A DNA stretch of 63,926 bases, filler included, from Patellaria atrata CBS 101060 (lineage: Eukaryota), in NCBI GenBank assembly GCA_010093705.1. It is 13 parts of 12 records of this genome, joined end to end, with 100 filler letters (N's around TTAATTAATTAA, not from the genome) between each part and the next. Parts side by side here need not be neighbours in the genome. Positions count along the whole stretch, not along the records: positions 38,930 to 45,058 come from MU006150.1; positions 45,159 to 50,157 come from MU006151.1; positions 50,258 to 54,796 come from MU006152.1; 10 more parts are not named here. The stretch is one strand, 5' to 3'. The position numbers and the translations under genes are program-made. Under the pieces are notes generated by a model. That model was not told the origin of the DNA, made no database searches, and saw only the letters and a list, made by a program, of their open reading frames with translations. This document shows, one piece after another, positions 38,930-54,896 of the stretch (the first letter of the stretch is position 1; each line of letters begins with the position of its first letter).

Positions 38930-41900
38930 ATAAAATTAATAATAAAAATAATTATAAAAAATTTAAATATATAAAAGAAAAATTATTTTTAAATATTTTT
39001 ATTTTTTATAATTAATTTAATTATTTATATTCTAATTATTTTAATTATTTAATTATTTAATTATTTCTTTTATAATTAAAATATTTATATATTTAAATCT
39101 TTAAATTATATAATTCTTTTAATTATTTTAATTATTTAATTATTTAATTATTTTTTTTATAATTAAAATATTTATATATTTAAATATTTAAATTATATAA
39201 TTTATTATTATTTATTTTATCTATAATTCTTTTAAATAATATTTCTTTTTCTTTTTCTTTTAATTTATTATTTATATATTTTTATAATTTATAATTATAA
39301 TATTATTCTTTTTTTTCTTAATTTTTATTTTAAAAATTTATTTCTTTTACTTAAATATATAATAAATATACTATTTATTTATTAAATTATATATATTTTT
39401 TTTTTCTTTTTTCTAAAATATTAAAAGTTAAATTCTATTTAATTTATTATTAATATTATATTATCTATATTATTTTATATAATTATTTTATATTAATTTT
39501 TTATTTTATTTATTATTATTTCTTTTATTTTTATATTATTAATATTTTTTCTAATTTCTATTTTAAATATTTTACTTAAAATATAAAGTATAATTTTATA
39601 ATAATATAAAAAGATTAAAATAAACTTAATATTTTAAAAATAAAGTTTTATTTTAAATTTAATATTATTAAAAAAGTTAAAAAAAAAAACTATTTATCTT
39701 TATAAAAAAATAATTTTAAAGATAATATATTTTTAATAAAAGATAATTTATATTTAATATAAAATAATCTATATTATTTATATTTATTTTTATTAATTTT
39801 ATTATAAACTCTTTCTATTTAAATATAAAAAGATAAAAATATTTTATTATAAATTTAATTTTATTAAAAAATTTAAGATTTTAAAGTAAATAATTAAAAA
39901 ATAATAAATTTTTTTTAATTATTTCTTTTTTCTTTATTATTATATTTTCTTTTAATTAATTTAATTTAAATTTCTCTATTTTTAAAAATTTAAAATTTTC
40001 TAATTTTAATAATAAAATTATTTAAATTTTTAATTATAATTTATTAAATATTAAAATAATTTTTATATATTATTTTTATATTTATAATCTTTTTATTTTA
40101 TTAAATATTTATATTAATTATTTATTTATTATAAATTTAAGATTTATTCTATTTTATAAATATTTTTTTCTTTAAATTTTATAGATTATATTTAAAGTTT
40201 AATATTAATATATATTAATTTTAAAAGTAATATATAAAAAATTAAATATATTTTTATTCTTTATAATAGTTTTAATTTATAATTAACTTTTTATTTAATT
40301 TATTTAATTTTAAAGAATTTAATTTTTTTATAATTTAATTTCTTATTAAATTATTTTATTTTAAAATTTTTTTATAATAAATAAATTTTATTTTTTTTAT
40401 AATAAATAAATTTTATTTTTTTTTATAATAAATAAATTTTATCTCTTTTTTTAAAGATTAATTTTAATAATTTATATTAATTATTATATTTTATAGTTTT
40501 TATTATTTAGAAAATTATATTTTATAATAATTATATATATAATTTTTTAATTTATTTAACTTTTAATATTATTTTTTATAAAATACTTTAAATTATTTTT
40601 AATTTATAATATACTTTTAATTTAAAATTATAGTTTATATAAAAAAATAAAATATTTATAATATTAAATTTTATATTATTATATATAAATTATATTATTA
40701 ATAATAACTTTATTTAATTATTTTATTAATAATTTATATAATTATATAAATATTATTTTAAAAATTAATTTATTTTTTTAATTTAATTATCTATTTATAA
40801 ATAGAAATTTATTAATAATTTATAATTTATCTTTAAATTTTATATTAAAATTTATTAAAATATTAATTTAAATAATTTATTTTTATTTAAAATAATTTTT
40901 TTTAATATTTAATAATTTATTAATATTATTTTTATTATTAATACTATTATTTATAATATTATTATTATTATTTTTATTAATATAAAGTAAATAAACTTTA
41001 TTAATTATTTTATAATAATTAATATTATATTATATTTTATTTTTATTATTAAATCTTTAAATTTTAATAAATTTATAATAAAGTTTATTATTATTAAATT
41101 TTATATTTATTTTAATAACTTAATATATTATATTTATCTATAAAATATATATTTAATACTTTTATTTTATATATAATTATTATATTTTAAGATAATTTAT
41201 TTTATTATACTTTTTATTTTTAGAAAATAGTAATTTCTTAAAATTCTTTTTAAAATTTTATTAATACTTTAATAATTATATATTAATACTTTATAAATCT
41301 TTTTAATAAAAGTCTTTTATAATATTATTAATATATATATAAATTTATTATATAGTTATATTTTTTAAACTATTTTTATTATTTTAAAATTATTATTTTT
41401 TTAAAATTCTTTTATTATATTATTTTTTTAATAGATATTATAAATTTATTACTCTTTTATAAATTCGATTATTAATATTATAGTTAATTTTAATTAATTA
41501 TAAATAATTATATTATTTTCTCTTTTTAATATTATATTATATATTAATTTTATTTTTTTTAAATAATTAAATTTTTATTTATAATATTAGTTAATTTATT
41601 TTTAATTTCTAATTTATAAAATATTTTAAAGTTAAAAGATATAAATATTTCTATTTATTTTATTTATTTTTAATTTAATTTTTTTATTATAAAGAAATTT
41701 ATTAAATTTTAATAATTTAATTAAACTTTTATAATATATTTAGATTCTTTAAAATATAATCTTTATTATTTAAATATATCGATAATTATTAATAATTCTT
41801 TATTATATATATTATAGTTTAATTTTATAATTATAAACTTTTATAAATAAAAGATTATTAAATATAATTATTCTTTTTTATTTAATTAATTTAAATATAT

Positions 41901-44413
41901 ATTTAATATATAATTAAATATATTAATTTCTAATATTTTTATTTCTTTAAATTAAATATAATTAAAATAAATATTATAATAAACTTTTTTTTAAATTTAT
42001 TAAATATTTTTTATATTTTTTTTATTTAAATAAAAATATTTTCTTTCTTTATTAACTTTAATAATATTATTATTATTTTTAAATACTTTTAAATAAACTT
42101 TTTATAATAGTTTATAAAATTTAAAAATAATTATATATTTTTTATATTTTTTAATATTAATTAATCTTTAATTATAGCTATTTTTTTTAAATTTACTTAT
42201 ATATTTTTAATAATAATAATAAAATTTAAAAATTTTATTTCTTTAATATAAAATTTATATTTATTTAAATATATTAGAAATTTTTTCTTTTATAATTTTA
42301 TTAATATTTTTTTTATATATTTTTTATATTTTTTAAATATTTTATTTATATATATTAATATATTATCTAGATAAATAATTATAAATATATTTAAATATTC
42401 TTTTAATATATAATTAATTATTATTTAAAATATTATTAAAATATTAATTAAATTAAATAATATTATATATATTTATATAATTTAAATTTTATTTTTATAA
42501 TTATTTTCTATTTTTTATTTTTTTTTATCTTAATTCGATAATAATTATCTTAAATATTAAATTTTATAAATTATTTTATTTTTTATAATCTATTTTAGAT
42601 TTTTAAGATTAAAGATAATAAATATTTATTTTTAATTATAATATTATTTAATTATTTATAATTAATATATAATTTTAATTTACTATTTTTCTTTAATATA
42701 AATAGAATTAATAAAATTATTAAATTTTTATTAAATTATATATATTCTTTTTCTAAATTAATATAAATATATTTTTTAAATATTTTATATTATTTTTTTA
42801 TTAATAGATAAATTAAATTAAATTATAATTTTATATTTTTTTTTAATATTATTTTATAATCTTATATTTAATAATTTAAAAATATAATTATTATATTTTC
42901 TTTAAATAAATCTTTAAACTTATTATATTTTTTAAATATTTTAGATTTTTTAGAAATTTTCTTTATATTTATTTTCTTAAATTATATTACTTTTATATTT
43001 TTAAATTTATTTTTATAAATCTTTATTATTTTATAATATAAAGTATATTTTATAAATATATTAATATTTATTTATTTAATATATTTTATTTATTTAATTT
43101 TATTTTTTTATAAAATATTTTAATTAATTTAAATATTTTTTATCTTTTAATTAATATTTAAATTTATTATTTATAATTAATCTATTTTTAAAATTATATT
43201 TATATTTTTTAAATTAATTATAAAAATATATTAAATAATTATTTTCTTTTATATATTAATTTCTATTAATATAATTTTAAAATTAATTAAATCTTATTTA
43301 TATTTTATTTTTTTATTATTTTTTAATTATAATAAAACTAAATTTTTAAATTTTATATAAAATATATTTTTCTTTTTTACTTATTAAGATAAAATAAATA
43401 AATTAATATTATTATTATTAATTAATATTATTATTTTTTTATTATATATAATAATATTTATTTAAAGTATTCTATTATTATTTTATAAAATTTTAAGAAA
43501 TTTAAAAATTATATTTTTTAATTATTTTTATTTTAAATAATTTAATAATTTTTTATATAATTATATACTAGATAATCGAATTCTATATATTTAATCTAAT
43601 ATAATTTATTATATTTATTATAATATAAATCTTTATAATATTCTTTATATTTAAACTTTTAATATTCTTTTTTAATAATTATATTATAATTAAAATTACT
43701 TTTAATTTTTATTTTTTATCTTTATATTATATAATAATTATATTATATATTTTTTATTATATATTATTTAAAATCTTATATATTATATTTAATAATATAT
43801 TTAAATACTTTTTTATTATTTTAAAATACTTTTATTTTTTATAAAAATATTTTTTTTTTATAAAACTTTTCTTTTAAATCTTTATAATATTAATAATTTA
43901 TATTATATTTATAGTATTTCTATATTATTATTATATATTTTATATAAATTAATATTTAATAATATTATTTATATTTAAATTTATTTATATAATTAAAATT
44001 ATTATATTTTTTATAATTATTTATTAATAATTTAAATTTTTAATTTTTTTTAAATTTATTTATTTTATTTTTATAGTTTTTATATTCTTTTATTTAATAT
44101 TTACTTTTAAATAAATATATATAAGTAAAATTTTAATTTTAAAATTTTATTATAATCTTTTATTATTTATAATATAAATAATTACTCTTTTTATATTATA
44201 TTTATTAAAAGATTAAATAATTTTTTATTTTTAATATAAAGTTTAATTATTATTTTTTAATAATTATATTAATATTAAATTTTAATTTAATTAATTTTTA
44301 ATCTTAAAACTTTTATTTAAATTATTATTATTATTTTATAATTTAATATATAAGATTTAATTTATTAAATATTTATATTTAAATTTTTTACTTTTAATTT
44401 TATACTAAATATT

Positions 44414-44453
<40 letters not shown>

Positions 44454-45058
44454 TTATATATTTAATATTATTAATTATTTAAATATTATTAAAATATTTT
44501 CTTTTTTAATTAATTTTTTACTATTAAAAATAATATTAATAATTTATTTACTTTTATTTAATAAAATAATAATATTTTTTTAACTTTTTTCTCTTTTAAT
44601 AATAAAATTAGTAATAATAATATTAAATATATAATTTTAAGTTATAATAATTTATTATAATATTAGTTTTATTTTTATATTTAATAAATTTATATAAAAT
44701 TTTAGTTAATTTAAATATAAAAAAGATTTTATAATTATAATTAATTAAATAAAAAATAGTTAAATTAAGATTTAATAAAATAGAATTATTATAAATAAAT
44801 ATTTAATTTATAATATAATTATTTTTTAATTTAATTTTTATATTTAATAGCTAATAATAAAGATAATTAAAATATAATTATTATAATTATATTATATTAT
44901 TATATTAGATTAAGTTTTTCTTTAATAATTTTTAAAAAGATAATATAATATTTTAACTAAAATATAATATTAATTTAATTAATAAATAATTATTAAATTA
45001 ATTAAAAATTTATAAATAATTAAACTTTATTAATAATAAAATATTTAATATTTAAAAG
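38930..45058. repeat. Extremely AT-rich RIP relic with decayed L2 (38930-39302) and L3 (~44643-44905) LTRs
   Basis: Near-total loss of C/G; LTRs recognised by alignment only. Confidence 0.65.
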
Positions 45059-45172
45059 NNNNNNNNNNNNNNNNNNNNNNNNNNNNNNNNNNNNNNNNNN
45101 NNTTAATTAATTAANNNNNNNNNNNNNNNNNNNNNNNNNNNNNNNNNNNNNNNNNNNNTGAACTTAATCTAG

Positions 45173-48100
45173 TGTGACAATGTAGTATAGCTGTAGTAAT
45201 CGTATTTTGACTATCTCTATTACTAACTACTAAGTGTGGAGATTAAGTTAAGGAACAATAATATCGTGGGCCGAATGTCCGTATATAATAGTCCCGCCTT
45301 GCTAAGCCTCGGCCCGACTATCTTCCGTTTAACCAATCAGCGCTCAGAGATCTTTTCCGCGTCCGACCCGGCAAAGATCTCTTGCAAATAAACCAAACAC
45401 TCAGTATAGGAAATACGGGATCAGCATCGTGACACGTCGTCATAAGTAAGGCCGGATATAGAGCGTTAAAATACTAGAGATTAAAGAAGATAATTAAAGT
45501 AAAGTTAGTCTAGAAAGATAAATATTAAAGCTTAAAATTCGATTTAAAGTTAAATTTAGAAAACGAGAAACTCTAAATAAAGACTCTATATTAGAGTTAA
45601 TAATAGAAGTATTAATAATATTAATTAGTAATCTAGTATTAAAAAAGCTATTTATAATATTATATTAAATCTTAAAAAACGGAATTATAATATAATTTAG
45701 GGCCTTAATTAATATTAAAGCTTAAGAATATACTTTACTAAATAAGAGATAGCTACCCGCTTTAAAATAACACCTTAGAATCGAAGTTAGAAAAATAGAC
45801 TAGAAGATTAAAGTTAATATTTTTAATAATTTAAAGATAGTACTAATTAACTAAATATTTAAGGTAAACTTTATAATTAAAGAATAAAAGTAGCTAATAT
45901 CGATTATAATAATAGATATAAACTATAATAATATATTTATAGATAAAGAGTAGTTCTTTAAAACTAATAGCCTATTTAATTATAAATATTATCGAATTAT
46001 TTAGCCGGAATAGGCTATTATAGTTAAAGACTAGTAATAAGATATTATAATTCTAAAAAGCGAGCTATAAATTTAAACTAATCTATAATATTAATTCGAT
46101 ATAGAACGACGAAATAAAGCTATTAATAAACGAGAATATAATCGATAGAAAGTATTAGTTAATTAAAGAAGAAAACTATAACTATTCTAATAAAAGTAAC
46201 TAAGTTTATAAGTTAAGAATATTAGCTTCGATCTTTAAAAGATAAAATTAGAACTATCGAATCTAATAAAGAGAGAGACGCCGGAACTCTCTAAAAAGTT
46301 AAAGCCGAAGTTAAGTAAGCGGGTTAATATTACTAGAATCTATATAAATATCTACTTAGTTAGTGGAGAAAACTACTTAAAGAATATAAAATATAAAGAT
46401 ATTATTATAGATATTATAAGTCTATATAAGATTAACTTCTTAATATAAGATTAACTCTTAGAAGACGAAAACCCTTTAAATAAAGATGAAGACGTTTATA
46501 AAGCGATAATCTATAAAAAATTATTTAAGAAATACTACTATTTAGTCTACGTATTCTCGAAATCTATATCTAATAAGCTATCACCGTTTAAAGAAAATAT
46601 AGACTATAATATAGTATTAGACTAAAATAGTAATCTTACTATTAACCCCTTATATAATATATTTATTAAATATTTATAGCTAGTAAAGGACTATTTAAAG
46701 AAGTATCTTTAGAAGAGATTTATCGTTCCGAGTGAGGTATTATACGCGTTTCTAATATTATTTGTTAAGAAGTTAGGGGGGAGTTAAAGATTCTATATTA
46801 ATTATAGAAAGTTAAATAGTATTACTAAGAAAAATAAGTATCTATTACCTTTAATTAAAGAAATATTAACGCGCCTTTAATAAGTAAAGATATTTACGAA
46901 ACTTAATATAAGATAAGTATTCTACTAAATCTAGATAAAGAAATTAACTAAAAATCTTATTACCTTCTAAACGAGATATAGATTATTTAAATATAAGATA
47001 CTATTCTTTAAATTATATAATAGTTTAACCTTATTCTAATAGTTTATTAATAAGGCGTTTTTCTAATATCTAGATAACTTTTATATAGTATATATTAACG
47101 ATATATTAATCTACTCTAAATACCCACTAAAGTATTAAACTCACGTCGCGAAAGTGTTAAAAGTATTAGCTAAGACCGGCCTATAAGCTAATATTAAGAA
47201 AAGCGAGTTCTATATAATAAAGATAAAGTTTCTCAACTTTATTATTAATATTAACGAAATAGCGATAGATTTAAAAAAGACTAAAATAATCCGAAACTAG
47301 AAGTTACTAATAAATATAAAGGGAATTTTATTATTTAATAGATTCTATAACTTCTACTAGAAGTTTCTAGAGAAATTTAGACGAGTTATATAACTATTAA
47401 TAATATAGACACGAAAAGGGATTTAGAAACCATTTAAATAGAAAGAAAAAGAAATATTTAAAAAAGTAAAAAAGTTAATTCTATTAGATTAAATATTAAC
47501 GTACTACGATTTTTTACTTAAGATAAAAGTCGAGTCTAACTATAATAATAGAGTTATTATAATAGTTATATTATAACTCTATAGACACGTTTAGAGGCTA
47601 GTTACCTTCTAGACTAAGATATTATTAAAGATAGAACTAAGGTATAAAATTTATAATAAAGAAATATTAGCCGTAATAAAAGTATTAGCTAAGTGGAGAA
47701 ATATATTAGTAGGGCTATAATAAGTTCCTTTTATTATAATCACTAATTATAGAGTACTAGAATACTTTACTATAAAATAGTTACTTAATACTAAATAAAC
47801 CTAATAGAGTAAAGCTTTCTCTAATTTTCACTTCTAAATTACGTATCGACCTAGAGCCTAAAACATTATAATAGACGCGTTTTCCCGTAAATAAGAAGAC
47901 CTAAAGATAGTGAAAGATAAAGATATTATAATATAAACCTAAATATTAATCGACTTAAATATAATAATAATATCTTTTTAACTTTTAATAAAATAATAAT
48001 TACTATCTAAGAAAATATCTTAAAGTAATAAGAAATATATAACCTTTAGAAAAAAAACGGTAGAAAAGTACGCTTTAAAGTTAAAGTTTAGAACTTAGAT

Positions 48101-50157
48101 AATAGTAGCTAAGATAATAATAGCTAAGTCTTTATAAAGAATAGAGGAAGCTAAAGCTTAAGATTAAGGGTCTATAATAATTAAAACCTCGAAAAAGAGG
48201 AATAATATATTAAAGAAATATATTAACCTTAACTCTAGATTAAGGCTTATACTTATTCACTCTATAATTCCCACTATAACTAAAAAAGAAAAGGAAATTA
48301 AGTATAAGATAAAAGAAAAGGAAGATATATTTATAAATTTAAAGTAGTATATCTAAAATAAGCTTAATTAGAAATAAGAGCTATTAGTAATATATTTACT
48401 AATAAATTAAATATTAGAAATAAATTAGAAGTATAACTCTTTATTAATATACTAAAAATAAGTTAAAGTTAAAAAAAGATATTAGAAACTATAAAATAGT
48501 CTATTTATTAGATTTAATAGACTTATAGTTTTAGATATAAATAATCTTAAAATATATCTAATATAGGATATATATAATATACTAGTTATAGGATATCTAG
48601 GAACTAAAAAGATAAAAGAACTAATTTAAGCGCGATATTACTAGCCTAGATTAATAGTTAATATAGATAAATATATCTAGAATTATTATATCTATCGTCG
48701 GACGTATATATTAAGAGATAAAATCTCTAGTTTATTAAAATCACTACTAATCGAAAATAGATATTAGTAATATATTATCTTTAACTTTAAATTATTCTTT
48801 AAGAACACGTACGGATTCGAAATAACGTTTATAATAGTAAATTAATTAGGAAAGAGAGTAATCTCACTTTTCTATATTAAAGATATCTTAGTTAAGGTAG
48901 CTATAAAGCTATATTATAAACACGTATAGCGGATATATAATATATTAAAGATAGTAATATTAGATTATAGTTTATAGTTTATTTCTATATTTATAAATAA
49001 GCTTTATAAATTAATGAAAATAAAATAGAAGCTATTTATAGTTTATCACTCGTAAATAAACGAAGATATAAAGATTATTAACTAGTATATAAATTTATAG
49101 CTCCGGCCCTTTATAAACTATTATTAGAGTAATTAATTAAAGCTATTACTTATAATAGACTTTACCTAAACTATATTAATCTACGAATTAACGGGTATTT
49201 CCTCTTATAAGTTAGAATTCGATTACTAACCACGAATATATTTCGACTAGTAAGAGCGGATAGATCTCGATATATATAAGATAATTTAAGAAAAGATAAA
49301 TAGAAAGGAAGCTTAACTATTCGCGAAATATACTTACGATATCGTTAAATAGGCGAGGAATAATCTAGAAAAGATATAAATAATATAGATAAAGTTAGTT
49401 AATAAGTATCGGAGAGAATTAGACTTTAGACTAAAAGACTATATCTTTATCTTATATAAAGGCTAAATATTGAATAGGCCGAATATTAAACTAGACTATT
49501 AGAACGTAAGTCTATATAAGATAATAGAAATAAAGAGATACTTTTATATAATCGATTTATCTATTAATATAAAGATATTAAACGTATTCTATATAGATAG
49601 ATTTTATAAAATACCGATAAACCTATTACCTAGATAATAGCTAGAACCACTACCGTCGATTAAAATAAACGGCGAGCCTAAATATAAAGTAGATAAGATC
49701 CTAGTAAGCTATATCTCTTACGATAAATTATAATATAAAGTAAATTAGATTAGATATAACTTTAATAAGACGTAGTATCTAGCTTATAACTTTATTAGAG
49801 TATTATATAAGCTTAAAGAATTCTATAATTAGAGATTAGCTAATATTAAACTATTAATTCGACTTAAAGAATAGCTTTAAGCCTTTAAATTCGAGATAAA
49901 AGTAAAGCCGTACGACGATAATAATATAGCTAAAAAGAAGAGGCCTATATAAATTTTAAGATATTATAAATAGATAATAAATCGCGTTATAAAACGTTAT
50001 TAATATTATTACGGAAATCGAGGTCGATTTCTACTATTAGAAGGGAGATAATTATAATAATATAGTATAGCTATAGTAATCGTATTTTGACTATCTCTAT
50101 TACTAACTACTAAGTGTGGAGATTAAGTTAAGGAACAATAATATCGTGGGCCGAATA
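45173..50157 (+). mobile_element. RIP-mutated L3 chromovirus pol (RT, RNase H, integrase, chromodomain), flanked by antisense L3 LTRs (45173-45444; 50053 onward)
   Basis: YI(D)DILIYS at ~47090, IY.KE.LAV at ~47650, TDH.ALEYF-like at ~47740, GEP.Y.VDKIL at ~49670, PPT AGAAGGGAGATAA at ~50039. Confidence 0.9.
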
Positions 50158-52512
50158 NNNNNNNNNNNNNNNNNNNNNNNNNNNNNNNNNNNNNNNNNNN
50201 NTTAATTAATTAANNNNNNNNNNNNNNNNNNNNNNNNNNNNNNNNNNNNNNNNNNNNGGGAAAGTAGCAAAAGAAAACCTCCGAAGAGGGAAAGTTAACC
50301 CGGCGAACGCATTTAACTTTATATTCTGGCGGAGGTGGGGGCTCGAACTGAGGACTTAAGAAATGTGACTGATAGGAAATTGAATAAAGGAAATATGACA
50401 GAGGAAATCATTAACCACTCAGCCGTGCCGCCAGAATTGAAAGTTCCTCTGCTGAAATTAATTATATACACCACTGATGCCGTGACTATCTCTCTTACCT
50501 GTCATGGCATTCTTAGCCCACAGTTCTCTATGCTATTTCGAACAACCACTGTGACAGTTCTTAACCCGACAGTATCAGTCAACTTCATTCTCTGGACGGT
50601 CATGTGCTACGCACAGCTGGGCTTCATCCGCACGTTTTTGACATTATTCCTGTATAGAGGATTCGGGAAGGAATAGAGAAATCATGGCTTCAAACTACAC
50701 GAGCGCGTATGGGACTTGAGGATCTTTCAGCTGAGAGTGTACCAATAGTAAGTGTATAGTGATATTATAATAGTTCTATGAGAGGGAAGCCCTAAAGATG
50801 GAGTTTACTGCTTACGCAGAGATGGACTACTGGAAGACGTTGAGATCTTTCTCACGGACGCAAATACAGGTCCGGGCAAAGGTATTCGTACTTGACGCCA
50901 AGATATTAATCTGAACGCTTGATCGAGAATAGTGTTGGAAATGGCTTATTATCCTGTAGCGTACGGGGGAGGTTTGGGTCGTTCTGTGCAGTACCCCTGA
51001 ACGGAGTACCTAAATGTCTCACGGTATCCAATCACGAGTTATATTCAGTGGAAAATTGACCCAATAGATTCTTCTATATACAGCTGAGAGTGACGGACGT
51101 AGCATTAGGGTATTGCGGCAGCCTGAAAGCGAGACGTTGGCTCTTCTTCAGATCGTTTCAGGTGAAGCTGCAAAAAATATGGAAAAGATGGGTGGGGGGG
51201 GGGAGAGCCTGGAGCACATCAAACACCGGACCGCTGGGTGAGCATGACGAATATCTGTATATACTGTAACCTCATCTACCACAGTATACTGTACGGAGAT
51301 GGCTCCTACTAGAACTAGTAAAGTTTTCGTAGATGTCTGCATGAAAACGCCCCATAAAAATGTATACTATGCGTTCTAGATCGCTGGATATGTATAGTAG
51401 ACGGGATATACTGTACTTGGTCTGCAAAGCAAACAAAGAAAACTATATATGCCAAATTTATGAGCATCATTCTCGCTTTTCGTATTCTTCTACCTATGGG
51501 AGTGGAATGCGAGTAATGAAGGTGGCTTGGCGTGCAGTTTGAAGATCCAAACTCGGAGAGCGGATCTGAAGTTCGAATCGTGGCATGATGTCCAAACAAC
51601 TTTCAAAGTTCATCAGATTCTTCTCTAAATAAAAGTATCCAGAAGGAGCGAACGACAGTGTGGCTGAGCAAGGGGTAACGTAACGTAGCCGCCTTAAATC
51701 CGACTTGTCTATCATTCGGAATTTATACTGTACTGTCTGTTGGAATAATAGTTCTACTCAAACTGAGAATTGGGATGTTCCTATTGTCGAAGTAGGTGAT
51801 TTATAGAAGGATTTCAGTGTCTAACTGTAATAGTCTGAGCGATAATCAGATGACATGCCATGCAGAGGTTATAGTAGTCCTACTACGAGTAGTACAATAC
51901 CAAGTGATAAAATATTTCATCTGATGATCCAAAAGCTTCTCCCGCGGTGACCGAGTAGACCGATCTTCCGTGCAGATGAACGGTAAGGTACTGTACTTTG
52001 TACCTTTTCGTAACTCATCAATAACCATGCGTGCCATGCAACTATTCTTCAATTCAAAAGGAACGGATGACCCGTCTCGTACTCCCGACAATCTCGGTCG
52101 TCGTACGGAATCTCGACAACTATTTCTTCTAAGTATAACACACTCGTACAGAACAACACCTCAGTACAATAACTGTTGATGAGTAAGGTTAATTCTTTTA
52201 ATTTTTTTTTTTTCACACTCCGCAATTCTCCTCCCTCCTCCTTGTTCCTCAAGGCTCTCAATAATGGCTGTTGACCGATCTAGTAATTTTTGCGACGCAT
52301 GCTTGACCTTGTCCTAAGCTCCTTAACCCAATTGTTTTACCTTTTTCATGGTCCCTGCGGCAAGTCAGCGCGTCAGCACCTCGACGGGAACCTCGAACCC
52401 CACGTCTGACATTTTCTGTACAGAGAACTCCGAAAAACATCTCGCGTCCTACATCGTGGATATATCGGATAGACAACAGAAAAGAAAGCTCGAAGATAAC
52501 TGCTAGAACATC

Positions 52513-54796
52513 ATGAACACCTCTCCGAACGGAGGTCTCAATTACTTAAGGCCTCCACCACCACTAGTAAATCAACCTCCCCGCATATTCGGTGCCTACG
52601 GACCAGATGGTTCCCCTATACCACCGTCTTTGTCAGGGCCCATTTTCGCTGGCGACGACGGCTCCTTGGGTTTGGATGATGGGAATGATCAGGGCGACCC
52701 AAAGAGAAGGCGCATAGCACGAGTATGGTTGCCCAAAAATAAAAATAAAAAATAGAATCGGGAGTTGTTGGTGCATGCACTGACTGGATGTATAGGCTTG
52801 CGATATGTGTCGCAAGAAGAAAATCAAATGCGACGGGAAGATGCCAGCATGTACACACTGCGTAAACTATAAAACGGAATGTATCTTCACTCAAGTAGAG
52901 AAAAAGCGGAATCCCCCTAAAGGGTAAGGAGCCCACGATACAAGTTGTGGAACATGAGGAATAATCTGGGGTAGTGCGAAATATATCGAAGGCCTCGAGA
53001 ATCGTCTTGGCCGTATGGAGTCTCTTTTAAGGTTGTCAGGGCTTCTGTCAGAAGATGACGATGGTAGAACCGACCTTGGTACGCTGGAGAAGCGACTTGC
53101 GGATAAGGCGAACAACAGCGCGAATAACTCAACTCCTGGAAAGTCACCGCAAACCAAGCATGGTTCAGCGTCGCATACTGGCACACCACAGCAAAATGCT
53201 CTCCCCAGCCCAACAAGTGGAATGACATCCCCTGAACCGCAAAACCAACAGCAACAATCGAACAGTGAACAGATGGATACAAGGGCAGATAAGCTAGGCG
53301 AGGATCGTCCGGAAGAGGAAGTTGAGGCATTGTCTGATTTGATGTGTTCCCTTGTCACAAACAATTGTGGTGAGACTCGTTATATAGGTATGCTAACATG
53401 GTTGAAAGAACCATTTTTGCCCCTATATGCTCACGTGAGACCTAGGATCATCATCTGGCTTCTCAATATTCTCTCCCAAAGGCATACAATGGGTCAATGA
53501 GAAAACCGGAGATACCTCCTTTCAGGATATGATTGGGACCGCATCTATCGACGATAGCAAATGGATACATTGGAAGTCGGATGTCTTTCGCGACATCTTC
53601 TCCCGCAAAGTCTTCAAAGCATTACCACCTAAGGATGAAGCCCTCTCACTCCTCAAGGATTATTTCGAAAACTTCAATTGCATGTTTCCATTATTCCACG
53701 AGCCTACATTCATGCATTTAGTCGACAAACACTATTCTAGGGATCCTTATGAAGGCTCGGGATGGTGGGCTAGTCTGAACGTCGCGCTGGCTATCGCACA
53801 CCGGCTGCGAGTAATGAGCAATCTCGTCCCACAGGAGGAAGACGAAAATGCTTGGGGTTATCTCAAGAATGCGCTGGCAGTTCAGACAGAGCTAACATTA
53901 AGAAATACCGACCTTCTCAGCGTTCAAGCATTGCTTGGAATGGTACGGTCTCTCTTATCGACTAATGGCACGAGTGGGACTAACATGATATGTTCAGGCA
54001 CTCTTCCTTCAAGGCACACCGAATCCTCAACCGTCCTTCTTTCTAGTAGCGGCCGCCATCCGACTCGCTCATAGCATAGGTCTCCACAAACGTGGATCCG
54101 GCTTTAACCTTAACCCCGCAGAATCTGAACAGCGAAAGAGAGTATTCTGGATAGCATATCTGTTAGATAGAGAGTAAGTTAGTGGTTCAAGGGGGAATAT
54201 CAATCTTTAACATTTGCTAGCATATGTCTTCGATCTGGGCGACCTCCGATACAGGATGACGATGACATGAACGTCGAGCTTCCAAGCGAGGATCCTCAAG
54301 ATAACATTGGTAATATACCATTGGCGAACGGCCAAGGGAAGGTTAACCTCTTCCGTTTGATGTGCACATTTGCTGTGATCCAGAGTAAAGTTTACAAGCA
54401 GCTCTATTCTGTTAAGGCTTCCAGACAATCCGATGGTGAGCTCCTAAATACTATTGGAGAACTGGATAAAGAGCTTGAAGATTGGAAAGACGCAATACCG
54501 ATCGACTTTCGACCAGAACACGAAATCAAGGCCTCTCACACTCCTCTAATATTACACGTTGTCGTCCTGCATTTTGCATATTATAACTGCCTCACTACCA
54601 TACATCGCATGTCGGTACATCACGGTTATTGGACGAGCAGATTATCGAATTTCGCCATTCAAGGTCTCAATGCACGTCCGCTAAACCCAAGAGTATTCTC
54701 TTCCGCAGCGCTTTGCGTACAAGCAGCTCGAGCCTCGATCCACCTCATCAAATACATACCATCCGGTGATTCCGCTTGCGTCTGGTATGGCTTTTT
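52513..54796 (+). CDS. Zn(II)2Cys6 transcription factor with fungal-specific TF domain (3'-partial, multi-exon)
   Basis: Spliced [36 protein letters not shown]…[18 protein letters not shown]; later GLHK and [16 protein letters not shown] introns. Resembles Fusarium FTF-type factors (from memory). Confidence 0.95.
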
Positions 54797-54896
54797 NNNN
54801 NNNNNNNNNNNNNNNNNNNNNNNNNNNNNNNNNNNNNNNNTTAATTAATTAANNNNNNNNNNNNNNNNNNNNNNNNNNNNNNNNNNNNNNNNNNNN

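Noticed and set aside
38930..45058. AT-rich DNA as mitochondrial or endosymbiont insert
   Set aside because: Parts align to local retroelements by transitions only, which points to a RIP relic. No tRNA, rRNA or respiratory genes were seen.
50258..52512. Short ORFs upstream of the Zn2Cys6 gene
   Set aside because: They have no recognisable domains and overlap in conflicting frames; likely promoter or 5' UTR.
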